Shown here one piece after another: positions 36,847 through 48,751 of a stretch of DNA of 64,000 nucleotides. The translations under genes were made by a program, and so were the position numbers. Below the pieces are notes generated by a model. The model was not told where the DNA came from, ran no database searches, and saw only the letters and a program-made list of their open reading frames with translations. Numbering within the stretch: the first letter of the stretch is position 1; each line of letters starts with the position of its first letter. The stretch comes from Tricharina praecox (Eukaryota): assembly GCF_024521635.1 (NCBI RefSeq), contig NW_026250421.1, positions 434,001 to 498,000 on the forward strand, written 5' to 3'.

Positions 36847-37494
36847 CACGCCATCACATCACGGACAAGCTGCGTTGGTGGAGTTTGCCGTACGAAGAGA
36901 TTTTCCGGGAAATCCAACTCACGGCTCCTTGGGAAGCGCGGCGGACTGGGAAAAAGTTTCAGTCACCGCGGGTGGTGCGAGAAGTTCATCAACAGGGGAT
37001 CATGGGGGAAGGGGGAGGGGGAGAGGCATTGCAAGCATGAAGGCCCGGTCTCGCAGTAGAGTAGAGTACGGTAGAGTACTCTACCTACCCAGGGACGAGG
37101 TCGCATGGAAGGGGGAGAAACCTCAGAAGATGGGTGGGGAGCTGCCGATTCATCAGCTTATCGGGTCTGTGTGGGCGGGACACCGACCAGGGTTGCAATG
37201 CGATGCGGAAAGACGCACAGCAGGTGAACTATGTATGTACTTACCATGTATGTAGCATAAAAGGAATCCGCCGCCCGCCTCCATCGAGGTTGTTCCACCG
37301 ACCCGCATCATCTGCCCTGCCTGCGACATACGAAACCGACCGGCATCCCCGCGGCTTTCTTCCCTCATTCTTCCGCTGCTCCGTCCTCTGGTTTCGGAGT
37401 TGCCACAAGGCGAGACAGTTATAGTACCGTACCTTCGATCGGACTGAGAAGAAAAAAAGAAAGAAGAAAGAAAGACAGATAGCGCCCGTTAACC

Positions 37495-39441
37495 ATGCCC
37501 GTCCTCTCCGTACCCGGCATGGGCAACTTGGCCTCCGGCTTCGGAGCCGAGAAGTCGGCCCGTGACCCAATCGACAGCGCCGAGATCGGGACTCCACCGG
37601 ACGAGAAGTCCAACTACGACTCGGACTCGCCCCGCGAAGATGTGCAGTCTGGTATTGCAAAGGTGGAGGCCATGGCCTCCGTCTGGACCAAGAATGAGCT
37701 GTACATTGCGTACATTGGGTATGTCCGCATCTACCTATCCATCCGGGCATCCCATCCCCCCCGATACGCAGGAGTCGGAGGCTGATGGCGGCACACTTGA
37801 TGACTACAGTATCTTCTTGATCTTCTTCATGAACTCGCTACAGCAGCAGGTGACGGGAAACTTGACCGCCTACGTCACCAGCTCCTTCTATATGCATTCT
37901 CTCGTGTCTACCATCGCTATCGTCAGCAATATCGTCGGAGGTGCCTTCAAGCTGCCCATCGCTAAGCTGTTGGATATGTGGGGACGTGCTGAGGGTTTCG
38001 CCCTGATGCTGTCGTTCACCGTCATTGGTGAGTTCAATCTTCTCCCTCCGGGTCCGGGATATTCTCCCCACCCCGCGACAGTAAACTGATTCATTCATCG
38101 TGGGTAGGTCTTGCCATGATGGCTGGCTGCACCAATGTCTCCATCTACGCCGGTGCTCAGGTCTTCTACTGGGTCGGATTCAACGGCATGAGTTACGTCC
38201 TCAACGTCTTCATGGCCGACACCTCGGACATCAAGAACCGTGCCTTGGTGTTTGCCTTCTCCACTACCCCCTACATCGGCACCACCTTTGCCGGCCCCGC
38301 CCTCGCACAGAGATTCTACCAGGAGTCGACCTGGCAGTGGGGCCACGGTGTGTGGACCATCATCCTCCCCGTCTTCTGCATTCCGTTCCTCTGGGTTGTC
38401 TTCCGCAACCAGCGGAAGGCGGTCAAGGCCGGTCTGGTCAAGAAGAGCACAGCTAGCAGCCTCAGTCTCGGCGGCAAGATTAACTACTACTTCTGGGAGT
38501 TTGACGTCATCGGAGTCCTCCTCGTCTGCATGGGTTTTGTGCTCCTCCTGCTGCCCATGTCGCTCGCCTACTACCAGCGTAACACGTGGAAGTCCGCCAC
38601 CGTCATCTCCATGTTGGTCGTTGGAGCCGTGTCCCTGATCAGCTTCGTGCTGTACGAGAAGTTCTTGTCGCGCAAGTGCTTCATCCCCTTCGATCTCATC
38701 CTCGACCGCACCATCATCGGCGCTTGCGGTCTCTCGGCCTCCATCTTCATCTCCTTCTACTGCTGGGACGCGTACTATCACTCGTACGTGCAGGTCGTGC
38801 ACAACCAGAGCATCCGCAACGCCGGCTACATCTACAACATCTACAGCATCGGATCGTGCTTCTTCGCCGTCCTCGTCGGCCTGTTCATTAAGTTCACCAT
38901 GCGCTTCAAGTACCTAGCGCTGTGCTTCGGTCTGCCGCTGTACGTCATGGCCACCGGCCTCATGATCCACTTCCGCCAGTCGCACGTCGACATCGGGTAC
39001 GTAGTGATGTGCCAGATCTTCATCGCGTTCGCCGGGGGTACGCTCGTGATCTGCGAGCAACTGGCTGTGATGGCGGTAGCCAAGCACCAGAACGTTGCGG
39101 CGGTGCTCGCCGTACTCGGCCTGTGCTCCAGCATCGGCGGTGGCATCGGCGCCGCCGTTTCCGGCGCCATCTGGACCAGCGTCCTGCCCCGCGAACTCGC
39201 CAGACGCCTCCCAGACACCCTCAAGGACCAGTCCCTCTACATCTTCTCGAGTCTGCCCGTGCAGCTCGGTTACGCGTGGGGCTCCCCAGAGCGTGAGGCG
39301 ATCATTGACTCCTACGCTGCTACTCAGAGACTCATGGTCATCGCTGCTACCGCGGTCATGGCTTTCAGCTTCCTGTGGGTGTCGCTGTGGAGGAACATTA
39401 AGCTGGAGGACGTCAAGAATACCAAGGGTTTGGTGTTCTAA
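37495..39441 (+). CDS. MFS siderophore-iron transporter (SIT/ARN family, MirB-like), 591 aa
   Basis: Model join(37495..37718,37810..38027,38108..39441). Motifs QSGIAKVEA, AKLLDMWGRAEG, ADTSDIKNRA, WQWGHG and GSPEREAIIDSY, with many TM segments. Confidence 0.92.
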
Positions 39442-39878
39442 GCTTGCTCTCCACGGGCTCAAAAGGAACCGTCTTGCACCGCGGTTTGGCTGTGAGATGG
39501 TGTGAGTGTGTGAGGGTATATGGGAGGATGGGAAAAAGGGGAGTATATTGAATTGCTAATGAATTTATGGCGGTACTGGATGGGATATGGGAAGGAACGA
39601 ACGATCATGTATGTAAATAATTAATGGAACTGGCATCTGCTCTTACTTGGTACCTATGATACATAAGTCATGAGTCGGTGAGGAGAAAAATATTCTGCGC
39701 ATACCTATCCAAAAACAAGTAACGTTTGTTACAGCAAGATATTTGGGACTATCACAGTATATGCCAAATACATGGTACATATTCTCATAGCTAGACCAGG
39801 TACCATATATACTAAGACTGGAAAGTGGCGCGAGTCTCGGCTCGAGTTACGTGCAGCTGGGTTTATAAATGCCAATCA

Positions 39879-42256
39879 TATAGCCCCTGTAGTCAGAAAA
39901 AGTGTGGCATTGTTGAACATCTAGGATGCCGAACGGGGTCATCGGGGGGGAGATGAGAGTTTTCTTGCGGTTGTAGCTTTGATAACATTCAACTCGTCAA
40001 AACAATTTTGAAAATGCAGCTAGCACCCAAACATGCCCTTACCATATCTACAAAATTCAAAACCGTTCCTTTCATTTCTTACCACCGATGCCGAGTGAGT
40101 GCATGACGTGAGGCTCCCGTGCCTCTACACTGCCGCGTTAGGCGTGGAATTGAATTTGCCGCCGCCAGCTACCCCCATAAAACCCACACGGCACCCATCC
40201 CCCCAAGCTTCTTTCTTTCTTACATCATACAACTACATATCCGTCTCAACTCACCTTTTCCTGCCAACCTAACCTTAATAATAATAATCCGACACTCGGA
40301 AACATCACATTTCCCAAATACCTACAACGACAAAACTGCCTCATTCCGGCTTCTCCTGCGCAATTATATTCTTCGGATCTTATATTCTTCGGAAATACCT
40401 CAATATACTACAATTCGATATGGTCAGGCCTTCCGTACTAGCGGGCACGGACATGCGCATCGCCGTCATCGAGCGCGGGTCCATCCACCACGACCCGGGC
40501 TGCGACATTTCGCAGCGGGAGGCAGAGGTGCTCACCTCATACGACATCCTGCCGAACTGGCGGAACACCATCGTCGTCCCTGGTAGTACCTCCCTTCCTT
40601 GAGCACTCAGCACCTCAACTAACAGCTCCACAGGCTGCCCACCCATCTGGTCACCACCGCCTTTGCCCATCCGAATCCCAGCAGACGAGGACCAGGACCC
40701 GTCCCACCCACGGCCGCCCGCACGGCTCAACTTCCCGACCTGCCCGCTGGAACCTCTCATCCGCGCACTACCAATCATTCGCCCCACGCTTTCGCTGCGG
40801 TCCTTCGACACGGGTTGAGGTTGCTGGTGCGCTTCGAGGTCGATACGTGCATCGCGGAGGAGGAGGTGGAGGATATGGTGGAGCACCTCCGGGAGGTGCC
40901 CGTGACGCCCACCGGAGTCCGCATCGTGCCTGGAGGAGTCTTGGTGCCGGAGGAGAGCATCGTCGAGCTCAAGTCCAAGGCCAAGGGGAAGAGGTATATC
41001 AGGCAGGCCGAGCAGCTGTGTTCTCGCGCACGCCGATCCTCATCATTGGGTACCACGAGGACGGCGGGAACGTCGAGGTCGAGAAGCGGGACGTGGTGAA
41101 GACCGGGTGGCTCAAGAAGTGGGAGGTCGCCAATACCGAGAAGCTCTAGAAGCTGGTGAGAGTACTGGAGATGCTGCGGATGGTTATGGTTGTGAGAGGG
41201 GGGGAGGGAGGTTTGCAATCGTGACACAAAAGGGCCAGAGTGCGTTTAGTGTCTACGAGATGCATCAGAGCCATTTGTTTGGGTTACCCGAGGATATTAA
41301 AGCGGGCTGGAAATAGATGGCAATGTATTTAGATTTTTTGGGATAGTTGTTTTGTTTTTGTTTTTGTTTAATCATCATAGCATTCGACCTTATCAGATCA
41401 TGGCTGTTTTGGGATAGTTACTGCTCCCACGACATGGGGGCATCATTAAGAACCTGGCTGTTTACCTGTATGGTGATCAAACTGATGCCGTGAAGCTGTA
41501 TGTACCTACTCCATCAAGACCCCGCCTCGTCAATGAAGCCACCAATATCTCCTTGCAAGGGATAAAGAATAAGACCATCAATATCTGCTTTCGACGGTGA
41601 ACTGGCCAGCCACCTCCTTCCCCTGATGGCCTGGGTACTAGCTGGCCCACAGGAAGCCCTACCGCAGCTTCCCGCAAAACGAGCACTTGATCCAGCCCAC
41701 CAGCTTGGTTGTCCGAGTGATTCTCTATGCGGGGCCGAAACCGGCGGGCAAAGGATCAGTGGGTGCCGCCTCATCTAGATTTGAGTTCCAGAAGTCCCAG
41801 CAACAAACCTGCAATTCCACCACGCCGCTAGCACCGCATGTGCCACCTACGTTGAAAGCGTGAAAGCGTTATCCTCCCCTGTTATAGTTAAGCCGCCGCT
41901 GCCGATAGTTAGAAGTTCCAGCGGAGGATTCTTTACCGCTGTTAATAACAGGTACACATATAGGGGGCACCACTGGATAGCCGGTCTTGTGAAGATTGTA
42001 ACCTGTTTTTCTGTGTCGACTATTCTGAAAATTCTCCGGAGGAGGGAGGAGGGAACTGGGAATATACGCCACCAGAAACGAGGTACTTAGGTATGTACGT
42101 AATGGTAGGGAGGTTTCTACTATAACTTACACAAGTTGCTCTGCGGAATCAACTCGGATGCTTTTGATATCACTCGTTGCCAACCTTTCTGCATCGGTCC
42201 AAATTTTGCCAACTTCAGGCACAGCAATAAATTTACAGGCGCAGGACGTGTAGGGG
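39879..42256 (+). repeat. RAI1/DXO-like repeat unit copy B (both apparent termini present)
   Basis: Starts TATAGCCCCTGTAG and ends GGACGTGTAGGGG. 41800-41955 matches the reverse complement of 56700-56850, and 42030-42256 matches the reverse complement of 59017-59225. Confidence 0.85.
40420..41316 (+). pseudogene. RAI1/DXO-like nuclease pseudogene (copy B)
   Basis: Same roughly 240-bp deletion (junction about 40811) and same 4-bp donor deletion as copy A, plus extra frameshifts and a stop. Confidence 0.85.
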
Positions 42257-42834
42257 ATGAACGAATTCTCTATGGCAATATACAGGACTTGATTGGGTCT
42301 CTACAATTTTTTTTCTCGGGTTTTATCTAGGTAGAATAGTCCACTTTTCCACCCAAGTAGCGAATGACCAAGGGTGAAATGAGAAGGAAGTACGGACTTT
42401 GACCGTTGCGTTGGCAGGGGGACACCGATACTTATGGGACTTCACTTGCGCCGACTTCTGTTCATTCCAATTGCATTGGGTTCAACCGTAGATATTCCGC
42501 TGAGTGAGTCTCGCGGCTGAAAAGCGATTAACGTTCGAGTGACGATCTATGCATGGCTTCTGTCTTAATTGGGCGGCCGTTGAAATGAATGGTGATAAAA
42601 ACGCTAGTGTGTCGAACTTCGCCGCACAACTAGCCAGGATGTTCGCTGTTCTTCTTCTCCCTCTCCCGCTCCTCCTCCTCCTCCTCCTCCTCCTTCTTCT
42701 TCTCCTCTTTACCCTCTACCACACAACTGACTCTACTCTCCCTGAAGGCTGATTCAGACATCACATAAGTGACAATTTCGACCCTTCACGGCTTAGGTAG
42801 TACATCACACTTCGATCGCTCTTGAGTCTTAACC

Positions 42835-43743
42835 ATGACTTCTCGCATGAATAAAGCCCTCAAGGTTCAGCCGGATACTCCTCCTCAACGTGCGCCACAG
42901 GCCTCGCAGGTTCGTACCCTGCAGCCGCCTCAGTCGTGAGATTGACTGCTTACTAACTCTCATTAGCAGCTCGAGCAGGTCCAGCAGCAGCAGCAGCATG
43001 TCCAGCAGCAGCATGTCCAGCAGCAGCATGTCCAGCAGCAGCATGTCCAGCAGCAGCATGTCCAGCAGCAGCATGTCCAGCAGCAGCATGTCCAGCAGCA
43101 GCATGTCCAGCAGCAGCATGTCCAGCAGCAGCATGTCCAGCAGCAGCAGGTTCAGCAGCAGGTTCAGCAGCAGGTCCAGCAGCAATGGCTCTTGGATCGC
43201 CAGGCGCAAGAGCATGGCCGTGCCTCGGCGCAGGCTAGGGCGTTAAAGCGACAGAGACGTGCCGAGGCGGTCCGCCAGGCCAATACGTCAGCAATTGCCG
43301 AAGCCAGGCGCCTTTCGCCGGCTCAAGTACACAAGCGGTACTTGAGGCAGGCGGGCGGACCAACTCCCGATAAGGAGTGCCTCGGGCCGGCTCAGTCGGT
43401 CCAACGCCCTCCCTCTCCCCCCCCTTCTTCCACTCGTCGCCAAGATGCCCGCCCAAGGCTCTCCCGTCCTCCGCCCCCGTTCTTTGTTGGCGAGGGTGGT
43501 GATGTGCTCTTGAAGAAATTTCGAGAGCGTCATCCCGACTGGGAGAGTAGTGGTGAGGGCATGGCGGCGACGAGAGGGAAGAGGCGACGCGAGGAGGAGC
43601 CTGTAGAGGGAGTTGAGGTGGACGAGCGATCGTCTACCAAGAGACTCAAGGTGGGTGGAGCGGATCTGTCCGGTAACTTCGGTTCGCGGTTGTGGGCCGG
43701 TGCCGGTCTGACTTTTGCTGCCCGGGGGGCTGGCCTCATTTGA
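42835..43743 (+). CDS. Hypothetical Gln-rich protein with a (QQQHV)10 repeat, 283 aa
   Basis: Model join(42835..42909,42967..43743), with intron GTTCGT...TACTAAC...TAG. Splicing puts the repeat in frame with ORF 43192..43743. Confidence 0.6.
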
Positions 43744-43983
43744 GGTCACCCATAGAGGGGGGGTGGTGGAGAGGGACAATAGTCTTTGATAATGGTATGC
43801 AAAAGTTTTTTCAGGTTTTATCTTAGATAGTCCACTTTTCGACAGTAATATCTAGGATGATCCACTTTTTTGTCTATCTAGGGTAGACCATTGATTGAGT
43901 ACAAAACGCAGAAATCTCAACACCCTGTCTACACTTTACAACCATAGTAAATGCAACCTAACTTCCGAATAATCGCACATTCC

Positions 43984-46617
43984 TCAAGCCCCTCCATCCT
44001 CGGCCTCTAGGTCAAACCTATCTCCCACATCCGTCACTGTCACCACGGTAGCCCTCATATCCACGCCCCCAGGTACCCCCGGTGCCCTCGGTTCCTCCGG
44101 TTCCTCCGGTTTCTCCGGTTCCTCCGGTTCCTCCGGTTCCCCAGGTTCCCCAGGTTCCTCAGGTTCCTCAGGTTCCTCAGGTTCCTCAGGTTCCTCAGGT
44201 TCCTCAGGTTCCTCAGGTTCCTCCGCCGGTCTCTGGGAAGAATACTCCGGCGGCTCCGACAGCGGATCTGAGGTAACCGGAACTGCCACTGCAGATGCAC
44301 GCCTCGACTGAGAATACACCGGTACTGCAGCTGTGGGTCTCGGCGAAAAGTAAGCTGGTGGCTCCGGCCGCGGTGGTGAGTACGGCGGTAGACTTCCCTC
44401 TCCCCCACTACCCATGCCGGCGCCGCCATCTTGTGATGCGTATTCCAGTACTAGATTTCCACCTTCCACGCCAATGTCAGCGTTGCCGTCATGCGATGCG
44501 TACTCTGGCGGCGCACTCTGCGGCCGTGGATTTCCAGCAAAGGTGGAGATGGGGGTGGAGGGTGTCCACGTTGGCGCTGATTGCGCTACGGATGGTGTTC
44601 GTGCTGGTGAATGGCCAGCATGTGGTTGTGTTGCGTATTGGGGCCACGGCGAGAAAGGGAGTGACGCCTCTTGGTCGAGTGGGGGGATGTGGGTTCGTTC
44701 ATATGGCTCGGATGGTGGAGGTGATGGGTGGACTATCGTCACTGTGGGTGGCGCATGGGTCGCTGTAGCCGAAATAACGGTAGTGGCCGTGGGTGCAGGT
44801 GGTTTGGAAGTCGGTGAGGAAGGTGGTGACTGTTGTCGGTTCGGATTTCGCAGGCCGACGGTGGATGAGATAGTCCGCCGTAGGCCCCCTCGACGACGCG
44901 TGCTGCTGGAGCTGCTGTTGCTTTGCAGTATGCTCGATAATTGACTCGTTGATCTCCTGAGCCATGTTCGCGGCGGAGGCGGATGATCAGCCGCGGTGTG
45001 GATGGTCCTACCGATAGTTTCGGTAGGTGAGGTCAGTGACGAAGAAGATGGAGGTGTATAGTCGATGCTGCTGAAATCAACGAGGTTGCCAGGATGAGGT
45101 TCCTCTGGGACGGGTGCAGTGCTGGTATCACAGGTGCTCGGCGGATATAGATGCGTGGGCAGTGGAGGTGTTGATGTAGCTGAGGCATGTGAGTCCATAC
45201 TAGGTCGCCGGTGATGATATGGAGAGGAGCCAGAGGAGGACGGGGAGGAAGAGGAAGAGGAAGAGGAAGATATATGGATCACGGGGGCCAGACGCTGGCT
45301 GATTGATGGTGATGAAAATGGTGACAGAAGAGACAGTGGTTGCGGCGATTGGAGTGGTAAGACATTAGACGAATGACGCGAAGGCGGTGATGATGAGAGA
45401 GAGTAGGATATAGGAGCGGAATGGGGAGCGCGATTACACGTAGGACGCAGAGTTTGAGGCAATGAGAGTGAGGTTAAGGGCCGAAAGAGAGTAGGGCGCT
45501 CGGATGTACGGTCGTCAGGCCGTGCGCTCGGAGTAGAGGAATCGGATATAGTAGTGGATGGCGGAGGCTGTGGGTAAACGAGGAGTGGAGGTAGTGGAAC
45601 AGTTGGAGGAGATAGCAAGGGTGAGGAACTGTACTCTGTGGAAAGCGCCGGTGGCATATCTCTCGGGAAGTCGGTTGATGTAGGCGGAGGCGGCTGACGG
45701 TATTCCGGAGATGAAGACGGCACGGAAGTAGTGGTAGATGGACCACTGGGTCTTTGGAGACGCTGACGGGATCCTGATCTAGACCGTGAGCTATGTGCGT
45801 TGTGAGGCTGGCGGGACTCTGATCGCGAACGAGAGCTGGGCTGGCGGTGAGGGCTACGTGACCGGGGACACTGAAGTTGAAGTTCATGCCTTGACGGTCT
45901 TGATCGCGACCGCGACGGCGGTGGTGGTCGACGGTCGTAGAAGCCTGGAATATTCATAGCAGGATATTGCCCTCTGTACTTGCCATCCTCTCTTCGATCA
46001 CGTCTCCTGGTTCTGGCTCGGTTTCCTCTTGATACCCATTCAGAATTCCCTTTGTTGACTCCTCCGCCGCCAGGATATTGACCTCCATCCCCACTTCGGT
46101 TCCCATGTCCACCTTCACTTAAGGTTGCGCCCGAGTAGATGCTGCTTTCGTCGGGAAAGCTACCAATCCAATCCTCGGCTAGATGTCCCCTGACTGAAGC
46201 TCTCGGAGGAAACCGCGGATACCCACCACTACCACTACCACTGCCTCCTGCTCTTCCTCCTCCTCCTCCTCCTCGGTCTCCTCCTCCTCCTCCTCCTCCG
46301 CCTTCGCTTTCGCCTCTGTCTCTGCCTCCATCAGGGCCTCTTTCGCTAGTGCCTCCTGGCCGCCACCCCACCTCACCATTATTCATCGACGGCCTAAGCC
46401 CGCTTATTGGTAGATCATACCGTATCACCGGATCCATCGCATTCGGCGCGGCGGTGGAGAAGGAAGGCTCTTTCTCCCTTCGGAGGTAGAAGAGTACTAT
46501 TATGCTGATTACGGCTACGATGCTGATAATAGTACCGATCGAGATGCCGATTGAGCGACCCACTTCGGCTCCGGTGGATGCCGATTGCCGGATGTGGAGG
46601 AGTTGGATGTGCGGCAT
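43984..46617 (-). CDS. Single-pass membrane protein with a long disordered Ser/Pro-rich tail, PY motifs and an (EEP)-type repeat, about 877 aa
   Basis: Open reading frame of 2.6 kb. TM segment IGISIGTIISIVAVISIIVLFYL followed by RR; PPEY x2, PPAY and LPPY; about 15 copies of a 9-bp repeat at 44090-44223. Confidence 0.7.
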   Translation of the reverse strand: MPHIQLLHIRQSASTGAEVGRSIGISIGTIISIVAVISIIVLFYLRREKEPSFSTAAPNAMDPVIRYDLPISGLRPSMNNGEVGWRPGGTSERGPDGGRDRGESEGGGGGGGGDRGGGGGGRAGGSGSGSGGYPRFPPRASVRGHLAEDWIGSFPDESSIYSGATLSEGGHGNRSGDGGQYPGGGGVNKGNSEWVSRGNRARTRRRDRREDGKYRGQYPAMNIPGFYDRRPPPPSRSRSRPSRHELQLQCPRSRSPHRQPSSRSRSESRQPHNAHSSRSRSGSRQRLQRPSGPSTTTSVPSSSPEYRQPPPPTSTDFPRDMPPALSTEYSSSPLLSPPTVPLPPLLVYPQPPPSTTISDSSTPSARPDDRTSERPTLFRPLTSLSLPQTLRPTCNRAPHSAPISYSLSSSPPSRHSSNVLPLQSPQPLSLLSPFSSPSISQRLAPVIHISSSSSSSSSPSSSGSSPYHHRRPSMDSHASATSTPPLPTHLYPPSTCDTSTAPVPEEPHPGNLVDFSSIDYTPPSSSSLTSPTETIGRTIHTAADHPPPPRTWLRRSTSQLSSILQSNSSSSSTRRRGGLRRTISSTVGLRNPNRQQSPPSSPTSKPPAPTATTVISATATHAPPTVTIVHPSPPPSEPYERTHIPPLDQEASLPFSPWPQYATQPHAGHSPARTPSVAQSAPTWTPSTPISTFAGNPRPQSAPPEYASHDGNADIGVEGGNLVLEYASQDGGAGMGSGGEGSLPPYSPPRPEPPAYFSPRPTAAVPVYSQSRRASAVAVPVTSDPLSEPPEYSSQRPAEEPEEPEEPEEPEEPEEPEEPEEPGEPGEPEEPEEPEKPEEPEEPRAPGVPGGVDMRATVVTVTDVGDRFDLEAEDGGA

Positions 46618-48751
46618 TGTCGGTTGTATGTGCGTGCGTAGGTATCTACACCAATCAGGAAAGATCAATTTTTGTAACAAGAGTGGAGCCAGAGGTAATT
46701 TTGCCGTTGTTTTGTGCTCTTTCCTCATGGATTGTGCGTATTTAAACCTCTTGGTTCAAACGACAGAGGCGGAAAGCCACAGGTGATGTTTCCTCTGAGA
46801 GATGGACACGCCTCACCCATTCACAGCCACCACATCAGTGGTTTCTGTTTGTAGTTCCCTTCCACCCCGCACAGTACCTTCCCGCGAGAAACTTCTGGCC
46901 ACCGGAAGCCCTCCTTTTATATGGACGGCATGCGCCACACGGGACACCCGCTCTCCCTTTCCCAGCTGAGGATCTGTTTAGTTTTGGAAGCTGCCAACTC
47001 AAAATCCTAATTTAAACTATTCCAGCCGATGCTGCCTCCCGTGGATATGGAGCACGTTCGGCTGTTGAGGCGGGCGATGGAGAACAAACGACACTGTGTC
47101 CACCGAACAAGAAGGATAATAACTATCTCAGTCCCAGCAACTTTTCTATGGTCTATTCAATGGGGATTAAATCGGAGGCAGAGGATATTACTCAGGTGTC
47201 CTTACGTGCTTCTGGCTGTAGATATGGAAGCATATCGACCACAAATGGCCCGAGAGGATCGTGATCCCTAAGCCATAGCATCGTAGCCTCAACAGGATAG
47301 CCCGAATCAATCAACCTTCCCCGCGCCGCCCCAAAGGAGGTCAGGCTGTTTGCCTCTCCAGCCGGCCGCCGCATCTACAACACTTTATTTTTCCCACCGC
47401 AGATGCATACGAAGATCATCCACACGGTAATATGCAGTATGCATGCCATGCGCGGGATCCCGTTGTTTAGGTAGCCAGCGCACGCAGTGTCACAGCCCTA
47501 AAGTTACTGGGTGGACACAATCAATCGTCTCCGCTTTTGATGTTCCCGTGGTTCTGGCTGCATGTAAGTCGGAGGAAGTCACCGCCGCCCCGTGGCTTGC
47601 TGGTCCAGTGGGGTCGTACCATCGCGAGGCACGGGATGCCACCGGTGGGAGTTCATGATCCCGCCACTGAATCGTGATCATCGTGACTCTAATGCTCATA
47701 ATCGCTGGTGTGAATTCCAGGCCTGATGGACCCACCTCATGTGTCCAACTACCTACTCACTTCCGCACTTTAAGTGGCAGAAATACAGCTTGAATATATT
47801 CGGCTACGCACGGTTCCGTACTGATCTAGGTAGAGAGCGCATCAAGTTTTGCCCTGAGCTCTGGCAGCCGCCGGCACATGTCCTCAACCCCACAGACCGA
47901 AGAGCCTCCTGGCCCACTGCAACGCGGGAAAATATAGGAATCAGGTTTAAACTTACCAAATCTTCATGAGAAGTCCATACAGTATGTAATATGGCTTTCA
48001 TTAATGGCTTACGACCTATCTTGTAGTTTTAGTTTGTGTCAAACAACACCGCACGCAATAACACCGCCACCGAGTGACGGTCTATGAACGCCACTATCTC
48101 AAATCGTGGCTACATAGGAACTCTCACCACCTACAAAATGTCACGAGATAAGCCACATTCGCCACACTCTGCTCACAGCTACAACTCACAACATATTCCA
48201 AGTCGTCTTCCGACCCTGCAGCTCATAACTTTTTAAAAAGCACTAGCTTCCAACCACAGAGCCTCGCTCTTCCTTCTAATACCTCCTCAACCTTTCCTTC
48301 TCTTCTCTTTCCCTCGCAACTATCCTGTACATATCTCCTCGTCGGACACCTTCTCGTCTGAAACCTCTTCGATCCTTTACTTCTTCTGTAAAGCTCCCTC
48401 CCCTACTACAATAAGGTACCTCCATCTCTCCCTCCCTTCTCCTACATCCCCACCTCATCTTTTACTTCGGTACCTCTATCTCTCCCTTCCTTCTGTTACA
48501 TCCCCGCCTCATCTCTTGCCAAGTTCCCCAGGCTGTTTTCCACCCATACACAACGGCCCTTTACTTCGCAGACGGCGAGGCTAACGTTCCGCTCCTTCAC
48601 AGAAGACAACCCAGAGAAATTACGACTATCTTGTACATACCAAAGCTTCGAGTACGTCCCACCACCCGTTCGATTGTATTGACGGTTTCTAATCCTAGAT
48701 TTCACACAGTTTTCCCAGCTTCTACCACAAGACATTCACCAGACGGAAAAG

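Noticed and set aside
42829..43246. Poly-LLLDM (-) and poly-SSSSM (+) ORFs
   Set aside because: Alternative readings of the 15-bp repeat. The Gln frame has splice-signal support and continues into a longer ORF.
42988..44223. Tandem repeats as CRISPR-like arrays
   Set aside because: No unique spacers, they are coding minisatellites, and the context is eukaryotic.
47228..47275. Resemblance to the 5' end of 5S rRNA
   Set aside because: The similarity is short and loose, with no internal control region or 3' half.
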